A stretch of DNA of 64,000 nt from Utricularia gibba. Lineage: Eukaryota; Plantae; Magnoliophyta. The stretch's first letter is position 1. Every line of letters begins with the position of its first letter. The notes below the pieces were generated by a model. It was not told the origin of the DNA. It did no database searches and saw only the letters and a list, made by a program, of their open reading frames with translations. The stretch is taken from assembly GCA_002189035.1 (NCBI GenBank), contig NEEC01000008.1, positions 2,604,001-2,668,000 of the forward strand, in the 5' to 3' direction. Both the position numbers and the translations under genes were made by a program. Shown in pieces: positions 51,748 through 64,000 of the stretch.

Positions 51748-52662
51748 TCCACACCTTCAACAACCCATTACACCCTCCTTTCTGCGCTTCCCAGATCTTG
51801 TTCTGAAATTAGTTGCGATTGTGTACAAAATCATCCATCCTGGAATTCGCATAATAAGAGCAGACCATCGAGCTGCAGAAAATGAATACCAACTGTCGAG
51901 TGGTTGGAGTGTTGGAGACAGCCAACTCCTTACAGGGATCCCCATTGCCGTTAGCCAGCCATAAAGAAACGTTACTGTTTATTACAAGGTCAAAATGGAC
52001 AAAATCGACCACCACGCGGTTGAAGTCGTTAATGTTTTTTTAGAAATAATTTTATTTAAAAAATAAAAAAGATGTAGATTACGTTTGTTTCTATTTTACG
52101 AAAATTATGAAATATTTTTCTAGAAGTAGAAGTGCTTCCATAGGAGTAAGAAAATATTTAATATAGTAAGATTCAATATCAAATTTGACACAATTTTACT
52201 TGAATTTAATTTTTGGTTTATTTTATATTATAATTTGCGTGCAGATTTTTTTTTCTTTAGGACAGTCGACCATCTACTAATGGTGAAGTGTAAGCAAAGA
52301 AGTGCGACTTTGGAGAGCTTTCGCAGGTTATTATTTTTTGTATTAAAAGGAATTTAATAAATTTATAATGCGTCCGTACTCCTGCAGCAACCAATCATAT
52401 TAATTGACCTTGCGGTTAAAAAATATTATATTGTCTTCGTTTGTATTTTTGTATGTTTTTTTATGTGTTGAAAAATTTAAATTCTATTAAATATAAATTA
52501 GGAATACAAGTGCTTCTTTATTTAATTAATAATAAAAATATATTGATGCGGATTTGGTGTAGGGTGATAAAACGCAACTAATCGTCAAAGAAATCATGAG
52601 AATTTTTATTGGTTTGAATTCCGAAGACGGTTTCACAATGCAGATTAAAAAAAGTTTCACTT

Positions 52663-54342
52663 CTAGGGAGCAAATCTGGACTTGATTTTCTCTACTTCCG
52701 GAGTTGCGATGTGGAACGCCTTTGCCAAGACAGTGCTGGGAACCGCAGACGCCGGCCCGAAGAGCGTGGTTGCGATGGACTGGGTGCCCGGGAGCTGGCT
52801 GTTGAAGGCGGCAATGACGGCGGCGTTAAATCTCCTGTTGTTTACTTGGAAGTGGACGAGGCCCTTAGGGAAGACGAATATCTCCCCCTTTCTAATGGTC
52901 TTCGAGATCAGGCGGTTGGCGGTGGTGATGAACCCGACGTCGAGTTCGCCTTCCAGGACGAACACGATCTCGGTGGCGCGTGGGTGTGTGTGAGGAGGGT
53001 TGAGGCCGCCTGGCGCGTAGTCGATGCGCGACAACGACACCCCGAGCGTGTTCAGCCCCGGTATCGACTGAACGTTCGCGGCGGTGACGAGGGAACCAAA
53101 GGAGTTGTTGGTTGCGCCGGGCAGCTTCAGCCGGTCGGAGAAGAAGTCTTCCGCCGTCGCATTCGCCTTGCATGGGAACCCGTTCACTTTCACCGCTGAA
53201 AAATCAAACCCCAGATAAAGTAGACGCAAATTTGATGTAATCCAATGGAGAACACAGATCGAAAGAGCCCAAAATTAGAGTGCTTTTATCCTCACGAATT
53301 CATGATTAAAATATTCGATTTAATCATTTTTATAAATAAAAAATAAAAAAATTCTAAATTTTGAATAATTATTGTTAGTTTTTGTAATATTTTTAGAATA
53401 AAAAGATTTAAATCCAAACCATGAACCAACACAAAAAATGGATTAAATCCGGTTTTAAACACTGGCCAAGAATCTATCTACCCGCCTCATCAATGACGTG
53501 TTCCACAACAACTATGAACCTACCAAACCTAATCCATCAATTCAACGTGCAATGGTATGGCACGTTACAATGAATGAATGAACATGTTCATTTTAAACTT
53601 TTTTAATATATACATATATATATATATATAATAATAAGTATTGATATTTTAGAAACATTAATATTAGAAACATGCAGAGGCTTAGTAAGATGGATACAAT
53701 TATGTAAAAAAAAAAAAGAAAGGAAATAATTTAGTAGTTCGAAAATTGGTGGGAATCAATGCGGGTGGTCCCTACAGCATGACTAAGTCTTGCCGTTGAC
53801 TTGAAAATTTAGAAGTTCACTAGCCCTTATTTTTTTTTCTAAATGTATTTTGTAGCAATTTCGGGAAAAAGAGAGACGAGTTAATGGCGCTGCTTGCTAA
53901 TCCTAGTTTGAATTGTAATTAACTAGAAATAATTAGGGCGTAGATTAGCATAGCCTACTACATATTGACAGTTGGCAAGTTGAGCGAATCGGCGCTGCAG
54001 TCCGATCGCTAAAAGAAAAGGAACCAGGAAGGCTAAAGACGAAGAAGATGCTTCAGTTAAGAACATAGACGCAGTTTCAAAAGGCAAGCACACGACCTAC
54101 TGCACAATCGGAGGCATTAATCCCTAGCGACTTTTTCGGAAACTTTTAGCAAATTGAAAAAAAAAATTCGCGAACCACAGAAATTGAAAGGCGCAAAAAT
54201 CAGAGAAGGAGAAGAGTGTGGTACTGGAGTTAAGATCGGCGACGCAGATATCTTGAAGCGCCTCCGGATCCGCCGAAGCTCCGCCGCAGAGAATCAGAAA
54301 AACCGCCGCAATCGCAACCGCTACAGAGATCGGCACCGCCAT
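52663..54342 (-). CDS. Germin-like protein (cupin)
   Basis: Exons 54342-54225 and 53195-52663. Signal peptide, DPEALQDICVAD, NGFPCK, NTLGVS, the germin box PGGLNPPHTHPRATE, FVFPKGLVHFQ and AFNSQLPG are present. TATA-like TATAAAA at 54436-54442. Confidence 0.93.
53606..53630. repeat. (TA)n microsatellite in the germin-like gene intron
   Basis: Read directly from the sequence. Confidence 0.8.
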
Positions 54343-55618
54343 CGGAACAACTATTCCCAAGGATAACGGAGAGAGAGAGAAGAGAGAGAAGGGCAGGCAG
54401 CGAATGCGAGTCTGGAGCTGGGAGGTGAGCTCTGCTTTTATAAGGAGAAGACGAAATCCTTGAAATGATTAAATTAATTTCCTCTAATAATTTCATTATC
54501 ATTTTAAACGATCGAAATTTAAATGATATCATCATATACAACTGTTCAGCACTTTCGTGTTTACCAATAGTTGATAAATATTTTAAATATTATCTTTTTT
54601 TTTAATTTAATGTTTGTGGAGTCAATGCCCTAAACACGAAATAGGGCTCATAATTTACAGTGGTGCCCTCATCCCTAGACTCACTGAGTGGTCTACACGT
54701 GTGATTGGCTTGAAATAGATAAGGCTAAATAGGTACTTTCATATAAAACAGACTCCACACAACGTTATTATTGGTTCTTATGATCATTAGTTACATTTAT
54801 TCAAAACAACTTTTGAAAAGTGTATTATTTAATAAGATAGAAACTAAAGTTTTTTATTATTTTAAAAATAGCAAATATTTCTACATTTTAAATTAAAAGC
54901 TGTTATAAGTAGACTTTCATTGTCACATATTGGAAAGTGATATCAATTGGGGATGGATATATCCCATGATTAATTCTTAATATATAATTAAAATAATATT
55001 TTTTGTCTCTGTTGTTCAAATTTGACATATTGAATATATTTAGTTTCTAAAATTTGATGTATTGAGTTTCTTAATCTTTTTTACTTCAATTATTTTTTGT
55101 TTTAACTATTAAAAAAATATGATATATTTAATTCACTTTCATAATTTGGCAACTATTTTGACAGTAACCAAAATTTGATTTTATTGAATAGGTACAACAA
55201 AATTTGATTCAATTAATTCACAAAAAATAGCAATTTTTTTGTGGTTTTATTTAAGAAATAATAATAATAATAAAGAAGCTGTAAATGGGACTTCAACAAC
55301 ATCAATCGGAAGAAGAACGAAGCTACTACCCGCCAGAGAGAGATTAAGGTTTTAATAATTCAATTATCTAGAATATATTTTTCTATTATTTTAAAAAAAT
55401 TAAAAATAATTTTATTATAAAATACAATCGATTTTTAATTTGGAAAAACACGTTCTAAATTATTGATGGGCCCAGTTTTTATTGAATAATAATACCAAGC
55501 AATTTACACTCCTGTCTCAGTCCTACAACTTTTTTGTAACTCCTACGGACACGACATGAGAAAAAAGGTCTGTACTAACTAAGACAAGCACCAACCCCAT
55601 TAGCTTTAGCTTTAGCTT

Positions 55619-56903
55619 TCACCATTGCAAGGAACGCACTCTGCGAAGAACTACTCTCGGTGGTGGCCGCTGCTCCGTCACTGGAATCAGGTTCTCCATC
55701 AGCTGCAGGGGGATCAATAATCAAATTCAGATCTTTAGTTTGATTCTAGAAAGAAGCACATGGTTGCTGCAGAGGCAGCTTGCCGAAGTCTAAAAATGGT
55801 GATAGTAGGAAGTTCAGCAGCTAACTTAAACTCGAAATCCATCATACTGTCGCAGATGATATGATATGGGAGCAGAGAATATGTGTTGGTGAGGCATATG
55901 TTCAGCTTCTCATACAAATTAGCCTCAATAGTAAAGTACAGGCAGTTTTCGACTAAAATGTGAAACATTCTCAGAGGGATACTTCCATGGCAGGCTGTTT
56001 CAAGCGTTGAAGACAATCTCTTAATGAAAAGGTGAGAGTTAAATAGGACAGCTGATTTCAGTTACGACAAATCTAGAACAGACATGCACTGTGTAAAGTC
56101 AGTAAGAGTAGACACAGGCACATTGAAGAGATCTATCTGCTCGAGGAAAACGGAGCATTGAAAGTACCTGCTTATATCGCTTCCTGCTCAGCTTAGCCTG
56201 TAAAAAGGACATTCTCCTTAGCATCTGGTTATTGTTTAGGAATCAATTGAATTCACTGGGATCTTTGGTGAGAAAAACAGTATAGATGCATACATCCACC
56301 CCCAGTAATTTAAAGGGGAAAATTGAACTTTTCGATGTCTACCTACCTCTTGTTCCAGAAGCTTCGCATTGTCTGCTTCTAGTTGAGCCACCAGTGCCTC
56401 CATTTCCATGGTGTAAGCCTTAAAGGGAGAAGAATAACCGAGTAAAATTTGAAAAAAGTTGGAGCTTTGAGAAAAAAAAAAAAGGAATGCAGAACCTGCT
56501 TTCGTTGCCTGGACCTTGCTGCTGACTCTCTATTCTTAATCATTCTTCTCTGCTTCTGCAACGTGAACTTTTCGAGTGGTGGTTCAGCCATTTGAGGGGG
56601 TCCCCGCGTCTTCCCTCTACCCTTCTGCATGGACGGTGCCACCGCGAGCTGAAAACCCGGAATCTCGCTACCCGGAGTAGGAATCGAGGAATCCATCACT
56701 CTGAAGTCATCCGGCGGCGGCGGCGAATCTCCGACGCCCCCCTTGTTGACCGCCCCTGCCTCAGCGAGGAAATCTTCCAAACTCATCGTCGATTTCCCGC
56801 TCCCCCACATCGCATTCATCTTGCTCCTGGTCTCATCCTGCATCCCGTCCCCGGGAGACTGCGACTCGTAGTACGCTCTCCGCAATATATCGTCAATGTT
56901 CAT
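55619..56903 (-). CDS. GBF4: bZIP transcription factor, GBF4-like; the true start may be ATG 57007
   Basis: Exons (56903)-56496, 56418-56347, 56197-56168 and 55702-55619 encode MSLEDFLAEAG, QKQRRMIKNRESAARSRQRKQ|AYTMEMEAL, AKLSRKRYKQ|LMENLIPV and LRRVRSLQW*. Confidence 0.85.
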
Positions 56904-57567
56904 AAAAACCAAACCTCCACCACAATCAGAACCAAAATTACATTCAAAATCCGATGACGAAAGACAGGCGGCAATCAAATCCAAAGCTTCGCCTTGTACG
57001 AAGCCATACCTCCCGGCGGCGAACTTCTGATACCCGATACTGTTTCAGTTAGGGTCCCGTGTGACATAATGGGGTCAATTGGAAATTTATCAAAAGTACC
57101 TCGGTTAAATTAAAAACGCTTTTTTTTCTCTATGGGCAATAGTGATAGATTCTAAAAAGTCCATGCTGCAAAGTTAATTAATATATGTTGTGAATTAGGT
57201 GAAAAGTGAAATTTCCATAAATTCAGGGCACCCATAAACTTTCAAAATCATGCAAAACACCCCCCCAAAATTGGCATATGTGCAACAGAAGTTTACATTT
57301 TTAACCAAGCAAACCCCTAATTTTTATTTTATTATAATTACTTCTAGAAAAAGGGAATAAAACAAATTGTACTTATAATTTTTGACATTTTATATTTAAA
57401 AATAGAGATAAATTTAGAAAAAAATCCATAAATCGGAAAAAAATTGACAACCTAAAGATAGAAAATCAACAGGCCATGTATAAATCTGCCCTCAAATATC
57501 ACCATTCAATCTACAAGTAACTGAGTAATTGTGCACATCACAAAAATCTTTGTCCAGATTTTAGGAT

Positions 57568-59048
57568 TCAAGTACCCGGTTTGGATCCGGGATCCTTCTT
57601 CTCCTTGGAGCTCGCCCCATCAGGCGCAGAGCTTGTTTGACTCTCCTTGTTGATCAGGGAAGAAATGGCTGCCGCAACAGCAACTCTGAAGGCAGGGTTT
57701 GTAGTAAGGGAGTTCACATTGGCAACCATATTGAAATTGCATCTCTGCCCAAGAGCACTACCTTCTGATCCTTCCATGGCGCTGCTGTTGAACAAGCCCT
57801 GCTGTTTAGGCATGAAGGAGAACCCCATCGGAGGCACCGAGCTAGATGATCCCATGGAGTTGATTATGTTGGGATTGGGGAAGTTGAGCTGATTGAGGTA
57901 TGAAGACTGTAGGGTGTTGTAGGGGATTGGAAATGTGCTGCCGGAGTCAAGCTGCTTGAAGGAGGCTGCTGCCGCAGCGGAGGCGGTGGAGGCAATGGCC
58001 GTGGCGGTCACCGGAAGTGGGTGGTTGTGAGTTCCTTCGTAGGTCGTGATGAGTATGGACATGTCTTCTTGGCACCTTTGTACCTTTGTATTCAGCACAA
58101 GTCACATATTTAACCCTAACATGGTAACTGATGACCTTGTGGAGAAGAAGATCAGACCTATTCTTCATGTTTAACAATGTGAAAGATACCTGTTTTCTAG
58201 CAGGACAACCAGCAGCAACAGTGCATCTGTAGTAAGCTCGAGGACAAGGGTTTCCTTTGGCAATCTTTTGGCCATATTTTCTCCATTGACAGCCATCATT
58301 CATCTTTGAGGATTCACAGAGGTAGAAAACAAGTTACAGAAGCATAAAGGATGTTACTTTTTGATCAAATGATGGTAAATATACAGAAGAAACTCACTGT
58401 TGCAGATTCACATCTTGCTCTAACAGAAACCCTAGCTCTCCTGTTGGCTGATGTAGAAATATTGCTCATGATCCCAGATAACATGTTGTTCCTCTCAGCT
58501 TCTCCTTGGATCTGGCTTAGTCCTATGCTCATATCGCTCTTGTTCCTTTGCGTGGTTTCCTCGCCGTTATCGGCTCGAACCAACCCTAATAAGTCGGCCG
58601 TTTCCCGCCGCCACCGCCTTCGTTTCGAGTCTCTGATGACGCTTTGCCGCCACTGCTTTCACCGTGAGTCATGAGGGCCATACCCGATTCCTGCTCGTTG
58701 TTCTGATGAAACCCGGAGCATTTCGCACGCAGATCGGTATAGTCTTTTAACGACTTCTCGATTGCGGTTCGTAGGAACTGGTTCTCCTCCTTCATCTGCT
58801 TCATTTTCTTTTGCAGATTCCATAGCTGATGAACACGACACGATTAAAACCCATCAGCCGTCTCCATTCCCCCTGTCAAATGAAAAGCAAACGCATACCT
58901 CTTCCTCCTCCTTGAAGCTCTGGTCTGAACATTCTTGATCATTTTTGCTCGATCCTTCCAGCTGATCGTCTCCGTTTTGACCCGATTCGATCCGCTTATC
59001 GGGTGGCTCTTGCGCAGGAACGAGCTTGAGGGAGAGATCAATCTCCAT
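57568..59048 (-). CDS. WRKY9: WRKY transcription factor group IIb, WRKY9-like; 1-nt frameshift upstream of the WRKY domain in this sequence
   Basis: MEIDLSLKL start, a coiled-coil exon, [15 protein letters not shown]|[27 protein letters not shown]...KQ|VQRC...[11 protein letters not shown] (V-type intron, C-X5-C-X23-H-X-H finger) and [11 protein letters not shown]. The frame breaks at 58604-58606. Confidence 0.85.
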
Positions 59049-61334
59049 TCGCTGCTCTCCTCCAGCTCCCTGTTGACAAAACCTCTTAGTTCAATGAAGC
59101 TTTGAACCACAGAAGTCAAATTTCCTCCTCTCAAGTTAAACAAGTCATTAATATAAAATGGCAAGGTGTGGAATTTGAGATGGAATTAATTAATTAAGAG
59201 AGCAGTGGAATTCTGACTTTAATTAAGTATTGGATTAGGTCCTTAATTGTTTGCTTGTGTGTCTACTTAGCTAAGATTGGGCATAACAACAATCAATGCC
59301 TTTCTCACTTGCCCAACTCCTCATTCATTTTCTTGGAATGTCTTAGTTTTATGGTTAACATCTTCAAATACCTCAACTTGTACTTAAAAATATTGACCCC
59401 CATGAGTTACCAAGGGGCTTGTCCACCTCCAACAAAGGAGTCAATGAAAATATTTAACATCCAAAAGTCAGCTAATCTCAATATTTTTATAAAGATAGTT
59501 CGGTTTATGACGTATTTGATTTTTTTATATTCCAATAAACATGCTGGTACATGATTCATTGAATTTTTTTATAAATATATATTGAAAATATTATTAGAGG
59601 ATATTAGATAGTATGGTATAAAAAATTTATAATCAAAGTTATACATTTATCACTTTTTAATTAATTAATATGTGTACACCAGTATTTTATAGCTATATCA
59701 CTTATATACTCATTTTTTGAATATGCGACTCATATATATAAATAAAAGGGAAGGGGGAGGAGAAGAGAAACTAATTATATCTATGTCACTCACATATTCA
59801 TATTTTTATTTTTGGATATCAAACGTTATATGTAATTGAATATATACATATCCAATTATACCATACTTAAACATACTAATATCTTAATATCAAACATCTC
59901 TTACGCATATAATAGATGTGTTCAGAATGAAGGGAAACAAAAATTACTTGAAATTTGATAAATGTGGTTGGAGGGGTTTTACAAATGACATGTATATTGA
60001 AAAAATACGTTTACTAAGCATATGTGATATATTTTGATGCGGAAATAAATAGTATGACATAGTTGGTAGTTAGCCTCTCAACTAGGACAACTTCTCTATG
60101 TTCAGTACCTTTGGTGATAAGGTGATTACTACGAGCACATTCAGTTATACCATAAAATGGAAAGTCAATTGGAACCAGATGATGGTACCCTCTTCCAAAT
60201 AATAAAAAAATAATAGTCGTAGGTGACATTGACATGCCATGAGATAATGGAGTAGAGCTTGGAGATTGAATTAAAGAAGGAGTAGAGACCGCGGGCGTTG
60301 CCCTTAGGCAAGGGGAAGTTCATGATTATGTAACACCTATCAGAAGTAGGGCAACAACTCTACTTCTCATATTCAATACTCAACCCCACGCTCCATGAAA
60401 CTATGCGCCTGTATGTAGGTCCATTTTCTCTCTGAGCGAGACGACGTGATGGGTTATGGATTTTAGACTAAACAAAGCATTGATAACAGTAGTATTCTAT
60501 GGAACTGCACGCAGACTTCTGGTCTACCTTGCCTATTGGGGAAGATGGCTATGTCCTTAGGGTAGTTATGCATAGATTTGGTGTCAGTTGCAGGGGAAGG
60601 ACATGGTTGTTCTTTATGTTTTGGGACTAAAAAGATTGTGGAAAGAGAAATGACTTTTGGTGTTTTGTTACTCTCATGTTTCTTGAGAACCAACCTGGTT
60701 TTTTCAAGGAAATTTGGCTTATTAAACAAGAGTGTATGGACCTCATCCCTGCTTCATGGATCACCTACCCTTTTGACATTGTGTGGAAGTATGATGTGAT
60801 TTGGGACTAGAAGATAAGTAGTTGATTCGCAATTGGAGGAGATAATGGTGACAGGACAGATGCCATGGCAGCTCTGGATAGCGGTTGCATTTGGTATGAG
60901 TAGCACAGACAGAGGGAATCAAAATCATCATACTTTCTATAAGCAGGAGGAAAAAGCCATCATCCTCCGCAGGAAAAGAAAAACAACAAAAGGTCCAAAA
61001 GAGTGGAAAACATGAATCAGCGAATTGGAGCAAGTGTAATGGCATATACTAGACATCCACCATCATCTCCCCTCATGGATGCCACAAAAAAGTAACCTTT
61101 CAAGACTTCAGGAATAGCTTGGGAAAAAGCTTGTCAACATCTGTCTTAGAAATGGACCGGTTAACTGCTCATTCCACTTCAAGGAAGCATGAAATATGTG
61201 GACAAAACTTAGTCCTCGCCCAATTGGCTGCCAATATTTCATTAACCAATTTCAACGAGACCGAAAAAAAAAAAAAAGAAACGGCGCCCCGCATCGAAAA
61301 GAAAAAAAAAAACAGGAGTCGAAGTTGCAGAAGA

Positions 61335-64000
61335 TCACGACTCAGGATTAGCATCAGAGGAGCCAGAAGACATCCCATTTCCTTTGTGTGAATCATATGG
61401 CATCAAGAATCCCAACTGCACTCCTTGCAAAATTCTAGGAGATGGATTTGATTCTATATACTGCAAACATTCGATGGACATATAGACATATCAACACGTT
61501 GAAAATGCGGTTGAATTGCATGTACACACAGGATGGAAATAATTAGTCAATCGTACCTTGGTCAAATTCATCCGGAAAGAACTGATTTCTTCTTCAGTGA
61601 GCCCGCCCTCTTCATCATTTTCCTCCCATCCTAAAGACCGAAGGAATGCAGCTTCTTCCTCATCCTTGATAACAGGATCAGAGCAGGGGTGCTCACCATT
61701 TATAAGAACCTTCTGATCATTACATGTACCACAGTTATAGGTTAATGCATGTTTTCCGTTCGGTACCGTGCCCACATGTTGCCTTTCTGCGGCATCTGTA
61801 TGAGTAGCAGGTGACACATTCATTTCAGAATGCTTATCAGAAAATGACGGTGAATTAGCATTGTTGCTGTTGTCCATCACAAATGAGGTCTTCGAAACAT
61901 CTGAATCAGAAGTGGGAGAAGAGTTTGCCATTGATTTCTTCCTCACTAGATTAAAGAACTCATTTCGACTCTGAGCTTGAAAGCTTGCTCTCTTATCCAG
62001 CGCTGCTGCCACAGGCCTACGATCACCACTCGTTATCTGACTCCTGGCAGCTGCAGAAAGGGGAGGAGAAAATGCAGAACTGCCCACATTGTTACTGCTC
62101 GTTGTGCTCAAGTTATCTTTTATACCATGGGTGACGCCATTCTTTTCTCTTGCAGGTTTCAGAACATGGAAATTCCCTGAATTGGAAGACTTTGAAGCAT
62201 CACCATTTCCAGGCACACTTCGAGGAGAGTTGTTGGCTGGTGCTGAAGATATGGCAGAAGGCAGCACCTGGCCCAATTTACTTTTTTGTTTATCTGACAG
62301 GCTCAAAGACTGAGAATGCCGACACCAAGAATTCAGAAACCTTGTTATGTTTAGTAGGAATTCATGGAGAATTTAAATCGTGAAAACAAATGCTAATCAG
62401 GACTCCAAAAACCATTTACTTCAAAAATAACAACAAAGTTACAAAAAAAAAATTCCATCTAAAAGGTGGGAAAAACAACAAGAGGGACACATGCATGTAT
62501 TGTGGGAAACATGATACGCAAGACTGTGGATTCAAGCTGAAATGTCATTTTCATTTTCCAAGAAACGTCATTTAAATAACCCGAATAAAAAGATGATACA
62601 AGCTTTCTTTATTGTACAAAAATATAAGCACTTGAAGATTCCCCAAGGAATACATTAGCACTTGTTGTCAGGCATTTCATTTACTGTAAACAACCAAAAT
62701 TTTGAGCTACAAATTAAGTGACGCTCATTTCTATCTGAGTCAACTCTAAAAGTAAATTGATCAGACAAACACGAAACATCTAACATGCTGGAAAATACAC
62801 AGAAAAATAAACTTGGAAAAAAGTGTTATTACCAAAGATTTCGGCATGGATGGTGTCACTGGAATTAATTGCCTAGATTGTTTCATCACCAATTCTTCGC
62901 GCCTCTGAGACCCAGAAGTCAACTGCATAACAAAAATGTGACTTCAAGGTTTACTTGGTCATCTTTAATTGAAAAAACACTTATGCCCTGTATATCCACA
63001 GAAAAATTGTATGTGCACACATTACATCCCATATCTCAGATGGACATGGAACAATGGCCAGTCTTCTAGTTCAAGATTCTGTTTAAAAATATGAGACCAA
63101 TCTTGATAACAGAAAGGTTTAATCCTGTAAATATCAGGAGCCATTCTAGAAAGTGACACATGCATCAATCTTCCATATTTCACATTACAACGAATGAACT
63201 AACAAAGTGCTTAAATAAATTTGGACGATAGAAGCTACCTGGAGTGCAGTTTGAGCTCGTACAGGGGCATGAGTCAAAGCTTCTGCCATGTTAAAACTTG
63301 CATTTGCACCCAAGATTACAGAATTTGAACCTGCTGAAGCCATCTGTGATGCTGAAGAAAAGACAGAACCATGACTTGCAACGTGTATAGGAACCTCTGC
63401 TAAAGCTGAGGTGCATTTCTCCCCCATTGATGTTGAGGGACTGATGTGTAAGTTCAGAATGGCAGTAGTCAGACCAGGAGATGGAACTCTTCCAACATCA
63501 GGAAGGGCCGCTCTTTCATTGGTCCCCAAAGATGGAAAATCCCTCTCAAAACTTGTCTTACTTGCTCTGCTGTGCAAACTGACCTTGGAAAGCAAATTCC
63601 CCTCGGTATTCTTTCCACCAACACTGAGATCAGTAAATACTTTTCTGGGCTGTGCATCTTCATGTTTTCCAGGTATCATAGACTGCGCATGCCTTAATCC
63701 ATCCTTCTCGAATCTACTAAATAGTGAGCTGCCTTCTGGTTCCAATAAGTCCCAATGCTCACAGCCCTCTGAAAATAATTTACCTTGCTCACGAGAACCA
63801 AATGAATCCTTTCCCCACTCCCTATCGCGCTGATTCCTACCAGATCTAAATTTACCAGCACTAATCCCATTAGAACCCCACTTAACGTACGCAGAAGATG
63901 TCTTTTCATATCCAGAAGACCGTCCATGGTTATGCCCATTACTAACTGCAGTGGACTTGTTCTTTGAGACCCTAGATGCAGCGAGACCATCTACAACACC
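61335..64000 (-). CDS. Uncharacterised conserved plant protein (low-complexity; At1g36990-like), 3' portion; gene continues beyond the right edge
   Basis: An open frame runs from 64000 to about 63238, followed by exons encoding LTSGSQRREELVMKQSRQLIP, 62309-61557 and 61460-61335. Motifs: SFERDFPSLG, SALAEVP, NMAEAL, QAQSRNEFFNLVRKK, EEEAAFLRSLGWEEN and GLTEEEISSF. Confidence 0.82.

Noticed and set aside
52682-53199. Plus-strand ORFs of 103 and 162 aa over the germin exon; similar shadows over mTERF (1879-2295), VTL and the methyltransferases
   Set aside because: Stop-poor opposite strands of real GC-rich CDS.
60276-60367. Hairpin with GTTGCCCT/AGGGCAAC arms reminiscent of miR399 or IPS1
   Set aside because: It lacks the TGCCAAAGGAG 5' half of miR399 and its complement; only 8-9 nt match.

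Overview
Gene-dense flowering-plant nuclear DNA: about 18 protein-coding loci in 64 kb, mostly intron-containing (GT-AG plus one GC-AG), with AT-rich spacers. The species cannot be determined from the sequence. Gene order: 3' part of SPPA (+), mTERF1-like (-), TDY-type MAPK MPK9-like (-), GH1 beta-glucosidase BGLU44-like (-), LPR1-like multicopper oxidase (-), phytepsin aspartic proteinase (+), VTL iron-transporter homolog (+), RUS6 (+), two tandem SAM methyltransferases (+), two tandem LRR-VIII-1/HPCA1-like receptor kinases (-), APC13 (-), a small basic unknown protein (+), germin-like protein (-), GBF4-like bZIP (-), WRKY9-like (-), and the 3' part of an uncharacterised plant protein (-) that runs off the window. 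I found no rRNA, tRNA, CRISPR array or intact transposon. Exon-by-exon reading gave two main results. (1) The second receptor kinase has an in-frame TAG just before its transmembrane exon, so it is either a pseudogene or a source of free LRR/Cys-rich ectodomain. (2) Seven single-base frameshifts in six genes all lie in short homopolymer runs, which most likely indicates assembly errors. I found no clearly new biological system; the candidates below are hypotheses. Family assignments come from recalled motifs, not database searches.
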